From Iphione sp. A-MEVVRFRX5 (Eukaryota), in NCBI GenBank assembly GCA_976226885.1, contig OZ320322.1:34968001-35032000 (forward strand): a DNA stretch of 64,000 bases, read 5' to 3'. Below, piece by piece: positions 1 to 12,045 of this stretch; position 1 is the stretch's first letter, and each line of letters opens with the position of its first letter. A program made the position numbers and the translations under genes. Under the pieces are notes generated by a model. The model did not search any database and was not told the origin of the DNA. It worked only from the letters and a program-made list of their open reading frames with translations.

Positions 1-207
1 GTATAGCTGGGTTGACAAAATCAAAATTTAATCCATCCTACCTATACACGAAACGAGGTGTCTAACTGGTGATTGAGCTGCACAATCAATGAACCTATGC
101 AAAGCATTTAGGTCTAATTTCATTTCTTTACCACATCAATGCCAGCAAACACAATATAGAACCCTATCAGTCAAGTGTCAATCATTTAAAAATTTTGTTG
201 ATCCTAA

Positions 208-760
208 GGGCTGGTTTCCATACCTGCGTTAACATGCGTTAACATGCGTTAACATGCGTTTGCCTTCCGTGTGTGTCAACATGCATTTCACATGCATCTT
301 TGTACTCCCGTACTGTCATGCAGAGGGGTTTGATGTGCATTGTTCACAGTGTGTTGGTGTGTGGGAAATGATGGTAAAGGACGGAATTGATGCTAAAAGT
401 CCAAAAATATGGCAAAAATGACAGTAAAAATGATTAAAAAGGACACAAATGATGCTAAAAGCCACAAAAAGTGGCAAAAATGATAGGAAAAATGATGAGA
501 AAGGACAAATATGATGCTAAAACCTGCCAAATCAGCGAAAATGATTGGGAAAAGTGTGGTAAAGGACTGACATGTTTGGACATGACCATAAATCATGTTG
601 AAAATGAAGAATTATAAAGAAAGGTGATGAAATGGCAGTGCGTTGGTCTGCATTGGTGTCCATGTGTGGCAAATTTATGGTCCCAGACCAAAAACGGTTA
701 ATGCACGTCAATGCAGATCAATGCACACAGTCCGCTACTAGCTGGTATGGAAACTATCCC
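208..760 (+). mobile_element. PIF/Harbinger-type MITE (GGGCTGGTTTCCATA TIR family)
   Basis: TAA(205-207) then GGGCTGGTTTCCATACCTGC at 208; inverted end GCTGGTATGGAAACTATCCC at 741-760; subterminal repeats (ATGCGTTAAC x3; GATGCTAAAA x3). Right TSD not preserved. Confidence 0.65.
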
Positions 761-1182
761 ATTGAAATCAGTGTGATCGATAAAAACACAGATGAATGCA
801 CATGGACATCACCACATATAAGGAAACTGGGCCTAGCCATTAAAGGTTTGGACACAGGCTCCCAGTACAGCTTTGCAAAATTAGAGATCCTTTGGAATTC
901 CAGTGTCCCCTTAAGATGTAGTGTACGCCAGATACTGAAAGGACACTTTCAAAGTCTCATTTTAAAACACTTACAAAGCTTATGAATAAACTACATGTAT
1001 GTAACTGTTGAATTATCAATACCAAACCTGCACATTGAATAAGATATGAGAATTTCGTGGTATTTTGTGTCTTGTAACAGATAATGCAACAGAAGGATGT
1101 TTCTTAAGCAGATTTGAGTTGACTTTATTGATGCACTAGGGTAACAGGAATTCGAGGAGTTGGTGTGGGAGCAAGACCAGTA

Positions 1183-3400
1183 CAGAGGCACCTCTCTATG
1201 ATCGGAATTTCTAACCAATTGGACTGAACTGAAATAAATTAATTTTCTCTTTAAAATGTACCACTAAACTGGAATCCGTTAACCATCAACCAGACTGTAT
1301 TTAACTGCATTATTAGACTATTTCTAAATAAAACATATATATTTAACCTGAATGCGACTTCCTGGCATGTTTGTTAGGTATGGGGGTGACATGCAGGCAT
1401 CAGCATCAGCCAACACAAGAGTGTGAGTGATACCCACCCCTGTAGTGTCAGTTGCTCATGAATTTGTCAAACAACATAGGAAAGATGGTTGGAGTGTAGG
1501 GTATCATGAATAAAGGCTTGTGGCTCCTGTGTGTGAGTGATTAATGATCGTCTACATTGGTTTAGGGGTGATTCATTTAATTTGAAGGCAGGATGTCTTA
1601 TCCACTGTGTGTCTGCTTGAGTCAGTTATGTCTCCACATGCACATCCTCCTGAGCTTGGGAGTGGTTATAAGGGAGGTGCTTCAAGGTATGTCTTTATTC
1701 ATTCAATGCTGGAACCTGGAAAATGTCTCAACCTTCACCCAAATATAGATGCATCTGTATCACAAACCATCAGAAGAAGGAGTTGTGTGCCTAGCGGGCA
1801 GCTAACCCTGCATGTTCCCAAGGTGAACTTGCCACAAAATTCTCTGGAAAATGGGGTTTCTCCATACCCAGATCAACAATTTCAGACATTTTAAAGCATT
1901 CTGCCCACTGGTTGTCCTTGTCTGATTAGGAGACATGTTCACATGTTCACCAGCTCAAGCCGACTTGGAACATGCATTACTATTGTGGTTCCATGATGTC
2001 CAAGTCCATGGTGCTATCATCAGTGATGAGGTGATGATCAACAAAGCTTGGACCCTTGGAGGACAACTTGGGTTGGAGATGTTCAGCTACAGTCAAAGAT
2101 GGTTAGGTTGCTTCAAGGCAAGCAACTCAATCAAGATGTTCCATCAGCATGGAGAGTCTGCATCTGCTAATTTGATTGAGGTTGCTGAAGGTAGATTGTC
2201 TCTCCAAGAGGCTTTGGCTGCATATGAGCCCAAGGACATTTATAATATTGATGAAACGGAGTTGTTCTATAGGCTGAAGCCAACCTCTACACTTGCCACA
2301 AAACCAGTGAAAGGCAAGAAACACTCCAAGGATCCTATCACCATTGTGCTGGCTTGCAATGCCAGCAGGGCTGATAAGATCACCCAATGGTTATTGCAAA
2401 ATCAGCATGACCATGATGTTTTTCCAAGGGATTTGATCCTGGAATGTATGTCTACTATAGACACAATACCAAAGCTTGGTGACGGGGAAGATCTGGGTCA
2501 ACTATCTCTCAATACTGAATGAAAGGGTAAAGTCACAGGGTTGACGATATGTTGTACTCTGCAATAACACCGGTCCCAACAAATTAACAGAGACATTTAG
2601 CAACCTCTCCATCAAGTTCTTACCTCAAAACACCACTTCCCATATTCAACCACTGCATGCTGGGATCAGCGCCTTCTTCAAGGCACAATGCAGGAGGAGT
2701 CTGGTGAGGCATTTTCTGGGATGCATTGAAAATGATGCCTGCATTGTAACTGACCTAAGGAAAGCCATCCTCATGTTGCATGAGGTCTGGGGCTGTGTGA
2801 CATCCATCACCATCCTGAGATGCTGGAAGCATGTCCAAATCCTGCCCCCTCACACCTCAGGCCTCAGACAACGATGATGATGACTTCTCTGATGAGGATG
2901 AGATTCCTCTCCAGAATTGCAGAGACTTCTCCAGACAACGCCCCAGGATGAGGAAGGACAGATGATGACAGCCCAGGAATATGCCTAGGTGGATTGTGGT
3001 GCTGAGACCTCAGGGGAACTCACAGATGGCACCCTGGTGACAATTGTGACTCAGACTGATATGTCCCAGTCTGACAATGAAGAGGACAATGATGATGTGG
3101 CCAGACCCCCAGTCACCCTCAGAGATGTCACCAGTTGTGTTGACACATTGTCAACATTTTGTGAAGAACAATGTGACATGCATGGGGTGGAGTTCCTAAG
3201 AGAACTCCTTCTCAAAGCCCAAACCACCAAAGCCAGCACAAAACAAACCCTGATAGGAGACTTTTGTCTATGCATGCATCTTCTGCTGATTGACATTTTT
3301 GAAAATGTGTGTAAAATTGTTCTTCACAATTTCTTTACAAATTGCGAATAATTTTTCATTAACTGTCTGTTTTCATTGAATAAATCATATTGCATTGAAT
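1183..3400 (+). mobile_element. Decayed Tigger/pogo (Tc1/mariner superfamily) DNA transposon
   Basis: Candidate left TIR TA-CAGAGGCACCTCTCTATGATCGGA at 1181-1206; transposase remnants 1723-3280; right TIR not found. Confidence 0.8.
1723..3280 (+). pseudogene. Tigger/TIGD-like transposase pseudogene (HTH_psq, CENP-B HTH, DDE_1)
   Basis: N-term HQKKELCA*...SQGELATKFSGKWG..PRSTISDILK; LEHALLLWF..VQVHG; DIYNIDETELFYR; KDPITIVLACNA; frameshifted YYRHNTKAW(M)TGKIW; KFLPQNTTSHIQPLHAGI (catalytic D to H); C-term KQTLIGDF. Multiple stops and frameshifts. Confidence 0.9.
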
Positions 3401-3455
3401 TTGAATCAATTCTGTGCCTTCATTGTCATTTTATATAAAAAAATAATATTTCACC

Positions 3456-3720
3456 TATACTTTACTATTATGCCCTTTTTACACACCAGGAGATGCATCA
3501 GTGGCATTTAAAATCATTTTTTTCGAATCGCTTCCATAAAAGATCAATAACTGTCTCATACTTTACTATTATGCTCTTTTTTCACACCAGGCAATGTATC
3601 AGTAGCATTTAAAATCATTTTAGACAATTTCCAATCCCTCTGATACCATATCAAAAACCCTCCCATACTTTACCATTATGCAAGTCTGCTCCACCTGGAG
3701 ATGCGTAGGTTGCATTTTTG
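3456..3720. repeat. Diverged ~100-bp tandem repeat, 3 units
   Basis: ATACTTTACTATTATGC...CACACCAGG..ATG.ATCAGT.GCATTTAAAATCATTTT recurs at about 3457, 3558 and, more diverged, 3665. Confidence 0.7.
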
Positions 3721-4004
3721 TACTCTGGATTCTTTGTCATCTGGCTATTTTTATATAAAAAAAACCAAGGTGCTCCGGATAATGAGGTTTTTCTGTACAC
3801 ATTAGCACATGAGGTTTTATATACCCTAACTTACCAAATCTTACATCATCTTGATATGCAAAAGAATGCCTAAAGCAAAGGAGGAATTTTAACATCTTAA
3901 ACTGCAATAAATATTTCAAAATTGTCTGTTTGATGTACCCATGTTTCTGATCTGTGTTTTAGGTCCATATTTTGAATGTGTGTCAACTCAGCCACCGACC
4001 AAGT

Positions 4005-4110
4005 CGACCGCTTCCTTACCAAAGCTAACCCGAACCCGTACCAGTACTCTCAGGGATGGCATAGACAACTGTGGCCAAGTTGATTTGTGGACGAGTCAAC
4101 CTGATACCCA
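4005..4110. repeat. Possible short Helentron/HINE-like non-autonomous element
   Basis: CGACCAAGTCGACC ... CTAACCCGAACCC ... GGACGAGTCAACCTGATACC layout recalls Helentron-associated elements; resemblance from memory only. Confidence 0.3.
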
Positions 4111-5073
4111 GTTTTTTAGCTTCTACTGAAACGCCCTACTGTGCTTCCATGTACCTGAGTTTCTAAGGGCAAAACATGGACCATGTTTGAAAGTGGAACA
4201 TGTTCCATTTTTCATGGCACACAGATCTTTGATTCAAGATGCAGTACAGGGAAGAGGGCTGTAGATATGGGACAAAAAAGGCGCTTTTGGCACAAATTGC
4301 ACAAGACCCGGTGCGGCGAAACAAATGCCGATCGATGCCCCCCCCCCCCGCAACTGCACGGCAGTCCTTTTTAGGTCTATGTTTCCTTTAATCTCAGTGC
4401 AAACATCTGTAGAGATAGGCAAGGAATATGCATGATTGGGTACATTTAAATTAAGCCTAAACAAAGATACATTACACCATTTGGGTACTCACAATACAGT
4501 TGTTTCCCGAATGAAGGAGAGGCATCATAGTAGTTTTGAAGTGCTTATTCCTGAACAGTGGAGCGAGTAATGACAATGCTCCCCCCCTTGCATCCCTTTT
4601 ACACACAAAACGATAACTGGCGGAGCAGCCAACAAGTTAACCAGGCGGCTAGGTCCAACATGCACAGCTCTGGTGGTTCCGGCAGCTCACAGCTCTGGTA
4701 GCTCATCGCACTACAGTTTTCTATATCTTTATTTACTGCAACCTTCAAGACAATTCATACACTTTCCGCGCTCAATTGTGCTACAGCTTTGTTCTATCCT
4801 ATTGAAATCTACCAGCTACTTGCGCATCAGTCTTGTGATTCATCTTCTCAGTTTGGTATCAGAGGTTAATATTAATGAATGACTGGTGAACTAAATTATT
4901 TAGACTCTGCAACCATTTCATAGGTTTTTATGAAGAAATCAAGATTTGAAGATACAAATTATGTTCTGGCCCTAAACAGTTGTAGTCAGGTAGACGCTTA
5001 GCCATTATCAATGGCCCGGTGAGATCTGCAGCGTGGTTCTGACCACACAGTGTATTTAGTTGTCTTACCCTTA

Positions 5074-5701
5074 GGCCTGGTTTCCATACATGCATGACTG
5101 TCCGTGTGCATGGTTGTGCATAGATGTGCGTATTTATTGAACAAATGCTCAAGTACAGAGATGTTTCCATAAGTGCATGACCATCCCTGTGCACGACTAT
5201 GCATACAGTGTCCGTGGATCATTTTCAGCGCATGCTCAATAATTCCATGCACACAGATGCTCTATGCACAGCAGTATAGGGCAGAAGGCCTTTGTTCCAG
5301 GTGAAAATGTATGATAGATGTGTGATAGATGTATGATAGATGTAGAAGAAATTATTACTGCACTTTGCCACACACCTCTACACAATTTCTTCTTTTTCTG
5401 GCTGTTTTCCCCACATGTTTATCATTTTTAGGCCCATTTTTCATGAAAGTAGCTATGTTTAGGCTCATTTTCCATGTAATCTGCTGCTTTTAGGCCCATT
5501 TTCCATGAAATGTGCAGTATTTTTGCCTTTTTTGCCACTCTTCACAAGTTTGCTTGTCATTTCATCCACAGCCACGCAATGTCCTCAACAGACCTCAGAG
5601 TACACCCCTGTGTGTGAGGGTGCGTGGAACAAAAAATGGAAGGCCATGTACACGACACACACACAGGGTCACAGACACTCCGCAGATATGGAAACCAGGC
5701 C
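5074..5701. mobile_element. PIF/Harbinger-type MITE with TTA target duplication
   Basis: TTA(5071-73)-GGCCTGGTTTCCATA ... TATGGAAACCAGGCC-TTA(5702-04); same TIR family as the 208 element; internal TTTAGGCCCATTTT repeats. Confidence 0.85.
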
Positions 5702-6152
5702 TTACTCGCATTGGTTGTATACATGCTCTTTGTCTTGTAAATGAAGTAGTGCTTATTTTTTAAATAGTAAATAAGAAGCACGTGTTCTAAATAATGTTTT
5801 CATTTAACGTCATTTCTTTGCTCTGGAAGGAAAGTAATGAATGATGTGCGACAGAGGTATTCAGTGTTGCCATTTATCATATTAAATCTATTCAGCATTA
5901 AGGAACTGCTGTAGTAAATGGACTATAGACTGAAGTCACCCATGTTTAGCAGCATGAAGTCATTTCAGTTTATTAGGATGAAGTATTGTGCGATCATTTT
6001 TCTTGATATTTAAGGATAAAAACCACTGGTAATGCTTTGTTTATTGGTTTAAGTCATGTGACTATACTAGTTTGTAAGGAGCAATAAATGGAGTGGGTCT
6101 CACAACAAGTCCCAATAAAGTGTTAGTCTTTATTTACCAAACAGGACTTATA

Positions 6153-6968
6153 CAGTAGCAACTCACGAATGTGACCACCTAAGGCCTAAAAAAAAGGTTC
6201 TGTGTTTCCGGTAACATCTTAAAATATATAGGGTCGGTAGGTCGGTTGTTTATTTTTGTTTTTCATTATTTTTTCACTGTTAAATATTACTTAAAGTTAC
6301 AAATGTATATGGTAACATAGGTTCTCTTGCTTAGATCTTTATGAAAGTTATACCAACTGAGAGCTAATTATATAGGTAACAAAATGGTGTGTTGCATATG
6401 TCTCTATCATTATTCATTCCAAGGATATTAAGAAAAAACACAATAAAATAAAATGTTCCTTAAGGATAAAAAGCAGGGTTGGTCGGGTTACCGGAAACAC
6501 CAACTTTTGCCATGTACATTTCCTATATATAAAAGCCTCTCAGTAGAGACCACTTCACAAGGGAGACCACCTCTAGGGAGAGACCAAGAATTTCAGTGCC
6601 AAAGACCAGGTTTTGCCTTACAGAGGCAACCAACAGCTCCTTTGATCGGTACCAACAACTGAGAGAGGTGCGACTTTGTTCCCGACAATGGGAACGAGGT
6701 ATGATTCTAAATTGCTCCTTTGATGGGTACCAACCCATGGGAGAGGTGCAACCTTGCTCCCAATCTCAATCACCTAGGCAATGTATAAATGATTTATATA
6801 ATTTAATGAATAAGAGTTCATATCAGTTTTTTCTCTTTTGTTGTATGTGATTAACATTTATTATCATTTGGGAGCACAGAAGACAAGTGCTTCACAGGGG
6901 AGACCACCTCTCAGTTGAGACCCAAATTGGTCAGTCCCAAGCTTGGTCTCCTAAGAGAGGCTCTACTG
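6153..6968. mobile_element. Tc1/pogo-type MITE (CAGTAG...GACCACC family), interrupted by a Harbinger-type MITE
   Basis: TA-CAGTAGCAACTC...GACCACC at 6151-6180; right end GGTCTCCTAAGAGAGGCTCTACTG-TA at 6945-6970; repeated GAGACCACCTCT motifs. Confidence 0.65.
6183..6510. mobile_element. Harbinger-type MITE copy 1 (GGCCT...GTTTCCGGTAAC family)
   Basis: TAA-GGCCTAAAAAAAAGGTTCTGTGTTTCCGGTAAC; inverted GGTCGGGTTACCGGAAACAC near 6481-6500; internal sequence matches the copy at 20917-21256. Confidence 0.75.
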
Positions 6969-6977
6969 TACTTGCCT

Positions 6978-8285
6978 ATGGATCGCTTCACAACCATCCT
7001 GAGGTAAGAAAAAAATTTTTTTTTTAATTATTTTTTTCCCCTATCAATGCCACCAATGTGAATTACTGTATGTTATTTACTGAGGTTTTTGAATTAAAAT
7101 TGATTTTTGTTGTATTACCCATCAGATACCTCCACTTCACCAAGGATGACGTTCCCAACGGAGACAACAATGAACCTACGGGACCGATGCACAAGGTTGC
7201 TGTCATATTTGATTTTTTTCAATGATATGGCCAAGAGACTGTACAACCCCCAAAATAATGTGGTCGTGGACGAGACCATGGTCAAGCATAAAGGTCATGT
7301 ATGATTTCGGCAATATATGCCAGCAAAACCTGTGAAATGGGGCCTGAAATGTTGGGGATTAGCAGAGTCAACTACTGGTTACATTTTACAATTTGTACCA
7401 TATTTTCATAGAGAGGATCGAGCTCAAACTGGTCTAGTTGAATTTGTAATAATGAAACTAATGAGGGGAGCTGAACTCATAGGAAGGCACTTTCATCTAT
7501 ACCTAGACAACTACTTCACCTCTGTAGACCTTTCTGAAAAGCTGATGACTTATGGAGTCTTCTGTTATGGTACTGTGAGACCAAACCGTAAACATCTTCC
7601 CAAGGAGTTTATGGGAAAAAAACATGACAAATTAGTGAATCAGGATGACTATGTATTCCTGAAAAGTGCCAACCTAATCCTATTATTGTGGATGGACAAA
7701 TGCATTGTAGGGTCTTGAGTACAATTCATGGGTGTGTTATGTCCACTGTTGCCAGGTTGGGAAAAAATGCAGAAACAGGCAAATTCATGAAGTCTGATGT
7801 GAAATCTCCAGCAAGCATAGCTGATTATGGGAGGTACATGCGTGGTGTCGATCACAGCAATCAGCTGGTTCAGTATTATAATTTTTGTAGGAAGTCACGA
7901 AAATGGACGCATAAATTATTTTGGCATGTAATCGAACTTATGAAAGTAAATGCCTACATTATGTACAATCAGACTGTCCCCCCAAAAATCTCCCTCTTGA
8001 AATTCACTTGACAGGTATTAGATGGGATGCTTAACAATATGATTATGAAAAATCGCATTCCACAGCAAATCACTGAATTCAGACTGAGGAACTGCTGTTT
8101 CCCAACAGATTTCAAGAAAAAAAGCTTTTGTAGGGTTTGCTATCAGAGAGTTTCAGCAGGTGTGCAAATTACCAGGAGACAGCAGAATGGGATGTGAATC
8201 TTGTCAAATCCACCTGTGCATGCCTAAATGCTTCAAAATTTACCACACTGTGAAGGATTATATACACTACGCAGTCAAAGAGTGA
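6978..8285 (+). pseudogene. piggyBac (PGBD4-like, DDE_Tnp_1_7) transposase pseudogene, 5' part missing
   Basis: MDRFTTILR|YLHF across an intron; VVVDETMV; FRQYMPAKPVKWGLK; YLDNYFTS; GTVRPNRK; MRGVDHSNQ; KWTHKLF; Cys-rich C-term CRVC...CESCQIHLC..CFKIYH. Stops and frameshifts present. Confidence 0.92.
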
Positions 8286-8699
8286 TGCTCACTAGCTATC
8301 AGCGCGATGAACCACAAAAATCAATTTCTGTATCTATTCCACAAAAAATCCACTTGTCATGCTGAATAAAATGATTTAAATTGAAAATGTCTTACTTTGT
8401 TCTTCTTTCCAGCTTTATTATAGTGTAATTCCAACAATAATAATAATAACATTCCACATGTCTAATATTCCGTTATGTAATATGCTATCCGCTCAGTAAT
8501 AATCCAGAATATAAGAAAAACATGAATAATTCCACCTCTATCCATAGCAAGATGAAATCAGTAATTCCTCCTGATTAGATAATCCATAATGTCTATACAT
8601 GACATATCCAAAATAATTCCATTTTTTTGATAAATACCCCGGCCGATTACGCTTTGTGATTAGCATAACACAACGGCAAAGTTTGGGTGTCGCCCTCTA

Positions 8700-8774
8700 T
8701 GGGGAAACGCTGTACTAGTGGCGCGCCGTGACGTTATGTCATGATCTGATAGGTGGCCGCTGCGAATGGGTTAA
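8700..8774 (+). mobile_element. piggyBac right terminus with TTAA target site
   Basis: ...GGCCGCTGCGAATGGG(8770)-TTAA(8771-74) downstream of the transposase and an AATAAA; left TIR not found. Confidence 0.6.
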
Positions 8775-9149
8775 CAGTCCCTGCCCAATAATTTAATGGA
8801 CATGGAAGCCAATGCACACCGATGTACTGTTATTTCTTCATATTTCTTCACATTTCTTCATGTTTCTCTGTCATTAACACACATTTATGCACATTTACAC
8901 ACAAATCGGTCCTTTTCTCCACTTTTTCCAGTCATTGTTGGGATTTTCTGTGGCTTTTAGCATCATTTCTGTCCTTGTGCATAATCGTTTGGATCATTTT
9001 GCGCAGCTTTACGCAGCCTCAATGCAGCCTTAATAGATGCCCCTATCCATGAGGCTGCATGATGGCAAAACGAATGTAAAGCATGTGTTAATGCACATGG
9101 ATACTAATGGATGCCTCATGGATACCAATGCAGGTTTGGAAACTAGCCC
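8775..9149 (-). mobile_element. Inverted partial copy of the 208-760 Harbinger-type MITE
   Basis: Reverse complement begins GGGCTAGTTTCCAAACCTGCATT (20/23 match to the 208 TIR) with TAA at 9150-52; CTGTGGCTTTTAGCATCATTTCTGTCCTT mirrors AAGGACACAAATGATGCTAAAAGCCACAA near 445-473. Confidence 0.75.
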
Positions 9150-11572
9150 TAAGCCCCAAGTAAATGGAGGGACGAGGGTTGAGAAGGCCCAGTTGCTATA
9201 GAACTACGCACAAGTAGTATATTACCTGGGATAATGCTCAGATTTACCTGGCACAGAACAACGAGAAAGATTGGGTTCTACCCAACACCAGGTCAGGCCG
9301 ATCGCTATGACCCCGGGGGGGGGGTGCTTCCCCAGCTTATGGTAGCGAGTTTCCTTGATGTCCTTGAGAGTCCTTGGTGGCTGTCATGTGACCTCATATT
9401 TACACTTTTGATCAGCGTTGCTTGTTGACTTATTGGCCTGTACTATTAATTGTTCATCTGGTACTGGCAGGGAAGAGAAGGGGGCCCGGCGGAAGACGGG
9501 TGTGAATGGTGGCGGTCCATTTGGTAGCAGCAATTTGTACAGGTTGTGTGTTTATGGGATTACATGACCTGTATAACCAGCAGAAACCTCAGCCATCTCA
9601 TTCCGCTCTGCATGGCTCACCAACACCAACTCCTTCATGCTACATGTATTTCCTGCATTGTCGCCAGGTTCCTTCTCTCTCTCATTCTCTCACCTGACTA
9701 TCAACTACTCATACAAAGCAGGTGCTAGCAGGCTGACATCTCCTGGTCATTCCCTGCCACTCACAAGTGCTTGGAGCAGCTCCCTGCTTGCTTACTCTTA
9801 GCTCCTCACGACTACTACATGTACTGATTTCACGGTGGTTCATATTGTCTACAGAACTGAAATTGAAGCACTTGTATTACTGAACACAATCCCTATCATC
9901 TACGAATATTAATTGCCTTAACTTCAATACGATACTTCAATACTGATTGTTTACCAATGCAAAAAAGATAATCCCCACCCAGTAGACTGACTCAATAGAT
10001 TCGCACATTTCAGTGAATTCAGTAGTATGCAGCATTGCCAGCATGCGAAGCAGGGAGTCGAGGTGACCCGATGAATACGTGATTTGAACAAGAACACGAG
10101 CTAGTGAATGCCCCGATGGACTCCATGCAGGTAGACCTTCCTGGTTTCAAGTTTTTCTACGTAATGGCCTGTAGCCGAGCAAACATCGGCCTTATTTACA
10201 TACATAGGCCACTAGGGCAAAGCCTAGTTTCAGAACTTCCGTGATGATATATTTGAAAAGCTGGGAAAATTCCCAGCTAAGGACATTCTCTCGTTACGAA
10301 AGGTAAATGGATGCGTGTCAGACTCGTGAAACTCCGAACCCGAAGAGTACTTTGTCGTGAATTACATGGATTACGAGTTTAATTAGGCAAACTACCTCAA
10401 TCAGATAATTTATCCGTATTATGATGAAATTGATAAGGCAATATTGTTTGATGTGGTGAAGAACCAATCAGCCATAAAATGAGAGAAGACATAGACACAT
10501 CTAACAGTAATGATATCATTTCGTATGTTGTAATTCAATATATTTTGATTGATGAAAAATACAGTCTGGAGTTTGTCTACTTTCTGGGAAAAAAATGAAA
10601 ATATCCAACATCAAGCTAAGATGATTATTCAAGGTGGGAATGTCCCAGCGAAATAGTAATCACGTTAACGTAGGACGTGCCTGGTAAGACACACATATTG
10701 AAAAGGCACAAGCCAACGCATTCTTAATCTGTACCGCTACCGTACAGCTGGTGTTTGCAAATTTACACGAACACAGACCCAGTACGTGATTAACGTAAAC
10801 ATCTCTTTCTACAGTGGATGACGCCAGGGAGGAATCATCAAACCACATCTGACAGTGGCATTCCATTTCTTGAGGAACCTCAAAAATTTACTTCGGGACG
10901 TAATCTAACAAATAAAGTTCATAGAAAAGAGAAAAAACATTTGTGTAATACAAATACATGTACATGTGCACCTGTACATTAACGCGGACATAATTTTTAG
11001 TAAAATATTTATGCAAACCAATGTTGTATTTTGTAAATACAATGTATAGCATGTCAATAATAAAATCAGCTTGCATCCACATATAATAACGACATGTTGA
11101 GATAATCCAGTGCTAGAGGGGAGCCATTTCATAAGATGGAAAAGGAATCATGGAAGATAAAACGCAGGTGCACCAGGTATATATACTGTATATTAATGGC
11201 ATATTCAAAATAAACCCCTGGCATACCATACCACTACATCAATGATTATTAATAATATACATGTATGTATCAGGACCGTGTCAGTGGTGTAGTCTTTCAA
11301 TATTAATGTCATTTACCACAACCCATTCATCCCATGCCAGACCTAGACAGCCGTGATGCTTAGTGGCACAATCCTATTGTGCGATTGGCAAGGTAGTTCT
11401 GGAGCCACTATCCTCCACATAGTTTCTTCGTGCTCAGTAGATACCTATACATAATTGAGGTGCACATAGGTGTATGTAGATGTGTGTGTCATTGTCTGTG
11501 TGTTGCCCATAGTAGCTGTGTGTACGTTATTTGCGCCAGAGCATTTTATCTAGGTGTGTTTATGTATGTATA

Positions 11573-12045
11573 TTCCCAGCTAACACATAATGTTCAAAAA
11601 TATTAATAAAGCACTGTAGTTTGGTGGTTAGAAAAACGTCTTCACACCACATTGTACAAATGTTAAATGATAATGTTGAGGCAACTTTAGAATGAAATGT
11701 TTCCCAAACGTTGTAGTTGATACTGTTTCTAAAATGGTGTAGTTTGGTTATATTGAACAATGAAGATTAAGAATTTTTAATATGGTTATTAAGAAGTCAA
11801 GATCAAGCAGTCGGCTAGGATATTGTACTTTGAATAGAAATAGTTCAAATCCTGCAGTTTAAAGTCAAATCTTTTTGCAAGGCCTTTGGAAAGGTTTCAT
11901 GAAAGTTTTTCCGAAAGTGTCACTGCAGTGTTCCTATAAAGGTTTTTAAAAGTTCACCGTCTAACATTCTATAAACATTATTTCACAATATTCATAAAAA
12001 ACTGAAATGTTTATATCATTTATAGAATGTTAATTATCACATGGG
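11573..12045. repeat. Degenerate CCCAGCTAACA-type MITE-like element
   Basis: CCCAGCTAACACATAATGTT at left, AGAATGTTAATTATCACATGGG at right, many AATGTT/AACATT internal motifs. Confidence 0.35.

Noticed and set aside
393-985. ORFs 393-596 (-) and 632-985 (+)
   Set aside because: They derive from MITE subterminal repeats and flanking DNA; no recognisable domain or splice context.
9225-9255. TTACCTGG(CA) motifs resembling the U1 snRNA 5' end
   Set aside because: No U1 stem-loops or Sm site follow; equally explained as minus-strand CAG|GTAA sequences.
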